Assembly (NCBI GenBank): GCA_043806935.1
Contig: JAZDGP010000004.1
Span: forward strand, 1-43,833
Source: a bacterium
GTDB lineage: Bacteria > Patescibacteriota > Patescibacteriia > JAZDGP01
Direction of reading: 5' to 3'
Length of the DNA: 43,833 nucleotides
A program made the position numbers and the translations under genes. The notes below the pieces were generated by a model. It worked only from the letters and a program-made list of their open reading frames with translations, searched no databases and had not been told where the DNA came from. Shown in pieces: positions 37,501-43,833 of the stretch (position 1 is the stretch's first letter; each line of letters begins with the position of its first letter).

Positions 37501-38612
37501 ACAAACCGTATGACGTCATAATGCTGGCAATGAGTACCAGCGAGGACTGGGCAGGAGGGATTAACAATCGTAACTGGCAGGTGTTGAAGAGATTGCTGGA
37601 TAGAGACGATATACGACATGTATTGCTAGTGGATGTCTTGCCTTGGAGATTAAGAAGAACTGTGAAGTATTTGCTGTCTATTTTATTTTCTCCATCTTGT
37701 AAGATCTCTCATCCCAAGCTCATCCATTACCGTCCTCTTTGGTCTTGGATTAATTCTCATTGGGATTACAAAAAGATACAAGCTTTGGCGGAGCGTTATC
37801 ATTTTCAGAATGTGATCCTCTGGTCCTATCTGCCTATGTTTACCGACTATGGCCCATTGCGTTACGATTGTCTTGTCTTTGACATGGTGGATGATTGGAC
37901 TCACCATCCGAGCTATGGGAAGATTAAAAACAAGATAGAAGAAAGTTACTGCCAGCTGGAACAGAAAGCAAATGTAATCTTTGTGGTTAATGAAACATTA
38001 AAAAAGAAGTTTCCGTTAAGAATTGATATCCATTATCTTCCTAATGGAGTGGAAACAGAGCTGTTTGCAAAGGAGTATGAATGTCCAACTGTGTTGCGAG
38101 ATATACAACGTCCTATTATCGGGTACAGTGGCACTGTTCAAGAACGGTTTGACCAGGAGTTAGTGTATGAATCGGCTAAGAAGCATCCAGACTGGTCCTT
38201 TGTGATCCTAGGCTGGGTGTGGCGGGGCATTAACTTGGATAAATTAAGATCATTGCCTAATGTCCATTTCTTGGGACGGGTGGAGTACAAGGAGTTACCA
38301 ATGTTTATCAGGCAATGGTCAGTGGGGATTATTCCACATAAGCAGGATGCTTTTTACCATTCTAATGATCCTATGAAGCTTTATGAGTATTTGGCAGCTG
38401 GGTTGCCGGTAGTAACAACGGATAACGGCAGTCTGGAAGATTGGAAAGATGTAGTGAAGATTGCTAATGAGCCTGAGGAGTTTGTAAGAGCCATTGAAGA
38501 GGCAATAAGGGAAGATAATTGGGAGTTGAGGAAGGAACGGCAGAGATTGGTACAGCAAGCATCATGGGATAGGCGGGTGAGTGAGATGATGGAGTATATT
38601 AATTTCACATAA
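37497..38612 (+). CDS. GT-B glycosyltransferase (TuaH-like)
   Basis: DMVDD, PNGV, PMKLYEYLAAGLPVV. Confidence 0.9.
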   Translation: MNKPYDVIMLAMSTSEDWAGGINNRNWQVLKRLLDRDDIRHVLLVDVLPWRLRRTVKYLLSILFSPSCKISHPKLIHYRPLWSWINSHWDYKKIQALAERYHFQNVILWSYLPMFTDYGPLRYDCLVFDMVDDWTHHPSYGKIKNKIEESYCQLEQKANVIFVVNETLKKKFPLRIDIHYLPNGVETELFAKEYECPTVLRDIQRPIIGYSGTVQERFDQELVYESAKKHPDWSFVILGWVWRGINLDKLRSLPNVHFLGRVEYKELPMFIRQWSVGIIPHKQDAFYHSNDPMKLYEYLAAGLPVVTTDNGSLEDWKDVVKIANEPEEFVRAIEEAIREDNWELRKERQRLVQQASWDRRVSEMMEYINFT

Positions 38613-39022
38613 CGTTTCGGGATAGCCGAAGTTTGACCGTGGTATAATTTGCGAGTTAGCGCTCACCACTGCCAAATTTGGGTGAGCGAGCGTTAAGAAT
38701 AAAATTACTTTTTTACGTTTTCTATTTGCCTGTAATATTCTTCGCAACCCTCAATAAAGGAAGTAGAATTTCCAGAACAAGCATTGCCCGTCCTTTCTGC
38801 CCATTCATAACCCGCATAATGTCCACTATCAGCAGAATAGGGGTTGCCAATTTCAACTTTTTGCCCGTCATCCTCAATATAATAATCACTTGATTTATTT
38901 GATGAACAACCACTTAAAATTAAGACGGGCAAAAAAATTAATAGGGCAAGATACATTTTTTTCATATTGGTAGTAAAAAAGTAATTTTATTTAGCTCGTG
39001 AAACAGATACGCCGTGTTAGGC
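38607..39022 (-). mobile_element. attC-like element A with gene-containing side arm
   Basis: minus strand GCCTAAC...GTTATGT cores; internal stem; same layout as element B. Confidence 0.55.
38705..38965 (-). CDS. 86-aa lipoprotein
   Basis: lipobox LSGC; GHYAGYEWA...C.GNS.SF.EGC. Confidence 0.75.
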   Translation of the reverse strand: MKKMYLALLIFLPVLILSGCSSNKSSDYYIEDDGQKVEIGNPYSADSGHYAGYEWAERTGNACSGNSTSFIEGCEEYYRQIENVKK

Positions 39023-39036
39023 GATGTACATTTTAA

Positions 39037-39192
39037 TTATGCGACTCGTATAAACTGAATAATTACAAATAAGAACGCAATTGCCATCAGGACTACCGAT
39101 GCTACGATAGCAAATTTTAATGCTCCGTACTGCGTGAATGACCCAATTATTAATAATAAACAGAATAGTCCAATTAGTAAGAATAAAATCAT
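39037..39192 (-). CDS. 51-aa 2-TM cassette peptide (not in ORF track)
   Basis: MILFLLIGLFCLLLIIGSFTQYGALKFAIVASVVLMAIAFLFVIIQFIRVA fills the space between GTTAGGC and GCCTAAC cores. Confidence 0.65.
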   Translation of the reverse strand: MILFLLIGLFCLLLIIGSFTQYGALKFAIVASVVLMAIAFLFVIIQFIRVA

Positions 39193-39222
39193 AGCTTTAT
39201 ATTAATAATTAAAATGTATTTT

Positions 39223-39424
39223 GCCTAACGTCGGCGCGTATCTGAAGTCGCGAAATGAGTGAGGGTGTAAAATTCCGGTTACACCCGAACGAATGAGCGA
39301 TTTGGGTGAACCCTGCGCTGTCCATTTATCATTGTTTTACCACTGTCTGGTATTATTGGCAATCAACTATTAATTTAAAGGTTATTCATTTGGCGCAGGG
39401 TGAACCAGATACGCGCTGTTAGCT
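39223..39424 (-). mobile_element. attC-like element B
   Basis: minus strand AGCTAAC...GTTAGGC (GTTRRRY); arms GCGCGTATCTG/CAGATACGCGC. Confidence 0.7.
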
Positions 39425-39494
39425 GATGTATTCCTTTTCTTTTTTCCGACAGCAGTCGGAATTGTTTTAAAAAATTTTCAAATTTCTTTTTCCG

Positions 39495-39613
39495 TTTTGG
39501 ATTTTGGGCAGAGGGGTTAGGGGTGAATGCCCAAAATCCAAAATTCCTTATTTTCTTCAAATAAAAGGCAAAAAGGAAGGGGTTTAAGGGGAGGGAATTT
39601 TTGCCTTTTATTT
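39495..39613. repeat. two perfect 16-bp hairpins with GGGG-n-GGGG loops
   Basis: stems 39495-39510/39528-39543 and 39559-39574/39598-39613. Confidence 0.85.
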
Positions 39614-39698
39614 GGGTTTGATCCCTAAAACTTTTTGGTGGGGCTATTTAACGTGCTTTCGTTTTTACACAGCTCCGATGGAAATGTAAACTTAACAG

Positions 39699-41954
39699 TT
39701 ACTTATCAAATGTAATTATTTCCTGAGCTTTGTTGTAAATATAGATTTTATTATCTATATCCACACGATTTACTAACCAACCAAGCAACTCACATTGATG
39801 AACAAAATCATTTATTCTATTAACCCCATTAATTTCCTTTAATGTAACTACCAAACCAAAATTAATGCCGTCGTTACGTTTGTTCAACCTTTCTTTTGAT
39901 TTAATACTTAAACCCCACATACCTTTATCATAGACATCACGTGCTTGAACCCTGTCTGTAAGGATTTCATGTATATGTTTAGTATTATCCCACTTCCGGT
40001 AAAACTCCCTAGCGTTGCCTTCGTATATATAATGTTTTTCACCATCATCATTACTTTGATGATTTTTGTTTATAGACTTAATGCCTTTGCCTTTGATTCT
40101 GCCAAAATATATATCTAGTTCTGTGTTTGTGTAATCAACCCCTTGATTAATTGAACAACTGGGAAAATAACACAAGGTGGCTTTGGCAACGAAAGGATGT
40201 TTATTATTATAAGTTGGAACAGGTAAATTATAAGCATATGTATCCCACTTCTCAGAAATGCCACTAACGATAAACTTTATTTCATCATTATCAGCTTTTA
40301 TAATGTTTTCTATATTTTTAGGTACTATACCATGACCCACAAAAGGTGCTAATTTTGCATTATTATCAATACTGTCCCACCCAGCAGCAGCATCTACAAT
40401 TAGTGCTTTTGCGACTTCTCGGTTAAGTCCAAGGACTTCTATTAAATAAGCAATTTTTCGAGTTACCCATGGTGCTGCGTATGAAGTGCCGCTACACAGA
40501 CCTTCACCAGTTGGCGTGCAAACCTTAAGATAATCATTTTTATCACCACCATAGCTACTAACGTCTGGTTTATTAAAAAATGATAAAACTAACCCTTTTC
40601 TGGAATAGGTCGCTGGAGACCCTTTACTGTCTACCGAATTTACAACTACAGCATTAATTGAATCGGCGGGTGAGCCAATCATTTTTTCTACATTACTTTC
40701 ATTATCACGCTTATTAGTACCTGCTATTACAAAAATAACATTATTTTCGTATTGAATTTCATCTAATATCGCTGCTTCTGGTGATATAAAATTAGGATTA
40801 ATTTCTCTGTCGGATCCTAAAGATAAATTCCATACCTTTATATCAGGATTTGAAGTAACTATTTCTCTTATGGCCTTCATAATAGAAAAAGCACTATACT
40901 GTCCTTGCGCAGCTACGCCAAAATGTCTAACTCTAAATCTGCCACATCCATCATCTAGCTCTGGGTGAATAGTTGGCCCATCAACAATAATCGAACTTAC
41001 TGATGTTCCGTGAACATAATCTTTGGGCTCTGTAGGTATTTCGTCATTGATCATTTTTCTAAAATCCACCCATTCAGAAAAATATACTGATTTATCAAAT
41101 AAAGTATCTATCACGCCTACAATAGGTTCGTCTTTTGGTGGGTCTATTGTAGTTTTAGTTGAGTCGCTGTTTGTATTGTCAATAACATCTCCAAAACTTA
41201 GCTTAGATATATCTTCTGTCGACATTGCAATGAGATAGGGCGCTTTTTCTGACAAGAGCTTAATTTCATTTGGATATAAAAGCAAAGTAGTTTCACTTAG
41301 TATTTTATCAGGCTGAACATTTATACCGATCACTCTCATCAATTCAGTTAAAGCGACATCGGTTTTATATATTGTAATTATCGATCGATCGCTTGTATTC
41401 GCATTGTTATTTGGAACCTTAAAACCTTCTATGTAATGTGAATCTACAATTATATTTCGAAAATTTGTTTTTGTAATTCCATATGTCTCATACTTTATGT
41501 TTTTATCATTTAAACCACCAATCAAATCGTGGGTTATCTTTCCGTCAAATATTGTATCTAATAGATTTATACAGCCTTCTAATTTTTTAATTGTATCATG
41601 AATTACTTCTTCGCTAACATGATGTGTAATCACATGTTTTTTCGTCTCTTCATTGGCAAATCTCGCACCAACAACAGAATCGTTTACAGAACCACTGCTT
41701 GACAATAGTCCGCTTATCCTATTGCTTTTAGCGATAACGTCGATATAACAAACATCAATCAAGCAACCCTTGATAATATTTTGCCTAGCCCAATAAGTAG
41801 CTAGATCCTGAAGCTGCTTAACTAAAGATTTTAGTTTATCAGAATTTATAGCTGGGGAATTTTTAGGAACATTACGTGAACTTGGCGTACCACTATGTGG
41901 GCGTTCTTGAAGAGTTCCTTTTAATTGAAGTATATCGTTCATAATTTTAGACAT
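39699..41954 (-). CDS. ietS: S8 subtilisin-like protease, IetS-type
   Basis: triad VIDT, HGTSV, GTSYAAP; NLSLG; coupled to AAA ATPase. Confidence 0.85.
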   Translation of the reverse strand: MSKIMNDILQLKGTLQERPHSGTPSSRNVPKNSPAINSDKLKSLVKQLQDLATYWARQNIIKGCLIDVCYIDVIAKSNRISGLLSSSGSVNDSVVGARFANEETKKHVITHHVSEEVIHDTIKKLEGCINLLDTIFDGKITHDLIGGLNDKNIKYETYGITKTNFRNIIVDSHYIEGFKVPNNNANTSDRSIITIYKTDVALTELMRVIGINVQPDKILSETTLLLYPNEIKLLSEKAPYLIAMSTEDISKLSFGDVIDNTNSDSTKTTIDPPKDEPIVGVIDTLFDKSVYFSEWVDFRKMINDEIPTEPKDYVHGTSVSSIIVDGPTIHPELDDGCGRFRVRHFGVAAQGQYSAFSIMKAIREIVTSNPDIKVWNLSLGSDREINPNFISPEAAILDEIQYENNVIFVIAGTNKRDNESNVEKMIGSPADSINAVVVNSVDSKGSPATYSRKGLVLSFFNKPDVSSYGGDKNDYLKVCTPTGEGLCSGTSYAAPWVTRKIAYLIEVLGLNREVAKALIVDAAAGWDSIDNNAKLAPFVGHGIVPKNIENIIKADNDEIKFIVSGISEKWDTYAYNLPVPTYNNKHPFVAKATLCYFPSCSINQGVDYTNTELDIYFGRIKGKGIKSINKNHQSNDDGEKHYIYEGNAREFYRKWDNTKHIHEILTDRVQARDVYDKGMWGLSIKSKERLNKRNDGINFGLVVTLKEINGVNRINDFVHQCELLGWLVNRVDIDNKIYIYNKAQEIITFDK

Positions 41955-42993
41955 TTAGTTCTCTTGATACTTGGCTTTTGGAAACTCCCGTTAATATTTC
42001 TATCTCTCTAACTGTAAATCCGCTGTGCTGTAATTTTTTTAAATTTATCACATTGTCTTTAGAATATATTGACTCGTATAGCTTTTTTAAGTAATCATAT
42101 TCATTATTTGAATCACTAAATGCAAGTGCAGTTTTAATTATATTTTTTAAATCACCAGGATAAGGAATATGATCTAAAGTTAAAAGTATTTTTCTAAAAA
42201 GTCTCATATTACGACCAGCAAATTTAAATTTTGTTAAGAACTCATTTAATATAGACTCTGCAACTTCAATCAATTCTTCTTTGCTATACCTATTAAAATT
42301 TATAATCGAATCAAATCTTCTAAATAAAGCTTTGTCAAATTGCCCAAAAAGATTAGTGGTGGCTATAAGAACAATTTCATCACTTAATCCATCCAACCCT
42401 TTCAAAACAGAAGAAGTTACTCTTCCCATTTCTCGCAAATCATTAGAGTTAATTCTATCCAAAGCTATCGCATCTATCTCGTCAAACAAAATAATGACTT
42501 TTTCTGGTTGAGGTAATCTTCGCAACTCTGTAAAAACAGAAGCAATGTTTTTGGACGTTTGGCCAAGCTTGCTGTCCACGACACTATCAAAATCTATAGC
42601 ATATAAATCTCGTTCAAGAATACGAGCAATTTGCTTTGCCGTTTCAGTTTTACCTGTTCCGGGATCACCTTCAAATAAAAATTTATTAACTCCAATCTTG
42701 TGCCCAATTGAATTTATAACACCTACTATATCATTTTTTATAAGAGTGGGAAGTGGGAATGAATTTCCGCTAGCTAAATTTACTTTCGTAAAAAACGGAA
42801 GATTGTATTCATTATCCTGCGGTACAAAAGTATTAGCACCAGATAATAAAGCCATAATATATTGAGCCAATTCAGAATCTCCAGTAGAATCAAAATACCT
42901 AGCTATATCATAAGCCTCATTTTTAAAGCCTGATTCATTTTTTTCGGCATGGTATTTAATTAAATTCAAAATGTTTTTTTTACGCATACGCAC
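41947..42993 (-). CDS. ietA: AAA+ ATPase, IetA-type, with C-terminal HTH
   Basis: GDPGTGKT, LFDEIDA, ATTN, RRFD; TVREIEILTGVSKSQVSR. Confidence 0.85.
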   Translation of the reverse strand: MRMRKKNILNLIKYHAEKNESGFKNEAYDIARYFDSTGDSELAQYIMALLSGANTFVPQDNEYNLPFFTKVNLASGNSFPLPTLIKNDIVGVINSIGHKIGVNKFLFEGDPGTGKTETAKQIARILERDLYAIDFDSVVDSKLGQTSKNIASVFTELRRLPQPEKVIILFDEIDAIALDRINSNDLREMGRVTSSVLKGLDGLSDEIVLIATTNLFGQFDKALFRRFDSIINFNRYSKEELIEVAESILNEFLTKFKFAGRNMRLFRKILLTLDHIPYPGDLKNIIKTALAFSDSNNEYDYLKKLYESIYSKDNVINLKKLQHSGFTVREIEILTGVSKSQVSRELNV

Positions 42994-43130
42994 TTTTTAA
43001 ATAAATTTATATTATCCACATTGTTAATATTAACACATTTGGGACACTAATACAATAAAATGGGACATAATAGTAAATAACTATAATTATCTGCGTATGT
43101 TTTACCCTTGTAAATATAGTTTATATATAC

Positions 43131-43158
43131 AAAAAACACCTCAGATAGGCGTTTTTTG
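43131..43158 (-). terminator. probable terminator
   Basis: AAAAAACACCT/AGGCGTTTTTT stem. Confidence 0.5.
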
Positions 43159-43263
43159 CTGTTATCTTTATCCTAAATACTATATAAATGTAAATTCCAC
43201 TTTTTCCATTAGATCCTCAATTTAATTTTTTAAGTATTTTTCATGCTGTTTTTGATTTTTTGA

Positions 43264-43833
43264 TTAACGATTTCCTTTCGCCCGATTGTGGGTCTTACAC
43301 AACATCTCACAATTTTTCGCTGAAGTAGCACCGCCCTTACTCCAAGCTGATACATGGTCTGCTTCCATTTCACCAAAACTCCAAACCTTTTCCTTATTAG
43401 CATCGTGTCCAACTGCACAAAGTGAACAATTTGATTTCTTTTTAGTTTCAGCTTCGCGAGTCTGCTTTTCATAAACAGCTCTTTTAGTTGGTTCGTCAAA
43501 AATACGAATATTAAGCAATTTTGTTTCGTTATTACCTCCCAAAATATACTCGAAAATCCCTTTTTTATCTTTAACAAAAAAGTCGCTATAGAGCTTGTGT
43601 ACAACGGTTGATACTTTAGATGGGTTATATGATTTTTTATGATACTCCTCGTAAAGTCGTCCCCACTCAAGCCCGCACATTTCGCTTTCTATGTCAGTAA
43701 ATACGCTAGATATCCAATCAATGACGGTGTTAAAATATTTTTTCAACTCATCAATATTTTTGTCTTTGCGATGTTTGCTCATGTAATCGCCAATATTGCC
43801 TTTACTTACCCAATCAAGAGCACATTCCAAAAA
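43264..43833 (-). CDS. HNH endonuclease, C-terminal part (runs off the window; possibly DUF262/GmrSD-type)
   Basis: CSLC...EADHVSAWSKGG.T...NCEMLCKTHNRAK. Confidence 0.85.
   Translation of the reverse strand, partial: FLECALDWVSKGNIGDYMSKHRKDKNIDELKKYFNTVIDWISSVFTDIESEMCGLEWGRLYEEYHKKSYNPSKVSTVVHKLYSDFFVKDKKGIFEYILGGNNETKLLNIRIFDEPTKRAVYEKQTREAETKKKSNCSLCAVGHDANKEKVWSFGEMEADHVSAWSKGGATSAKNCEMLCKTHNRAKGNR

Noticed and set aside
38680-39005. Hammerhead ribozyme or group IIC intron in the attC side arm
   Set aside because: TGA...GAAA lacks the CUGANGA core; no GTGCG 5' end, domain V or RT
39375-39560. 61-aa minus-strand ORF
   Set aside because: Runs through hairpins and the attC arm; low-complexity translation
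14252-43020. Replication origin from DnaA boxes
   Set aside because: Only isolated single boxes (14252, 43012), no cluster or dnaA/dnaN context
905-43670. Many short ORFs antisense to or overlapping well-supported genes (e.g. 9855-10361, 33572-34123, 43230-43670)
   Set aside because: Shadow frames of conserved genes with no motifs or start signals

Overview
Chromosomal segment of a small-genome bacterium, most likely Patescibacteria/CPR (inferred from gene content and from the lack of Shine-Dalgarno sites even on rplJ/rplL). Backbone genes are topA-dprA, a Fur/PerR-led iscS-sufCBDSU operon, class II RNR nrdJ with cobO, a beta-CASP nuclease, nfu, mraY, ftsB, rlpA-ftsEX, three tRNAs, a DEAD-box helicase, L10 leader-rplJ-rplL and a flippase/glycosyltransferase cluster. 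Interspersed are about eight AT-rich self-contained expression units, each with a TTGAC -35, a -10, a long leader, a GGAG(G) SD and a terminator. Their cargo includes a divergent DUF1874/AcrIII-1-like protein and two beta-barrel-like secreted proteins that share a signal-peptide module. The right end is a defence region: two attC-like hairpin elements (one with a gene nested in a side arm), G-tract hairpins, an IetAS pair and a truncated HNH nuclease. All family assignments are by motif recognition only; no searches were run.
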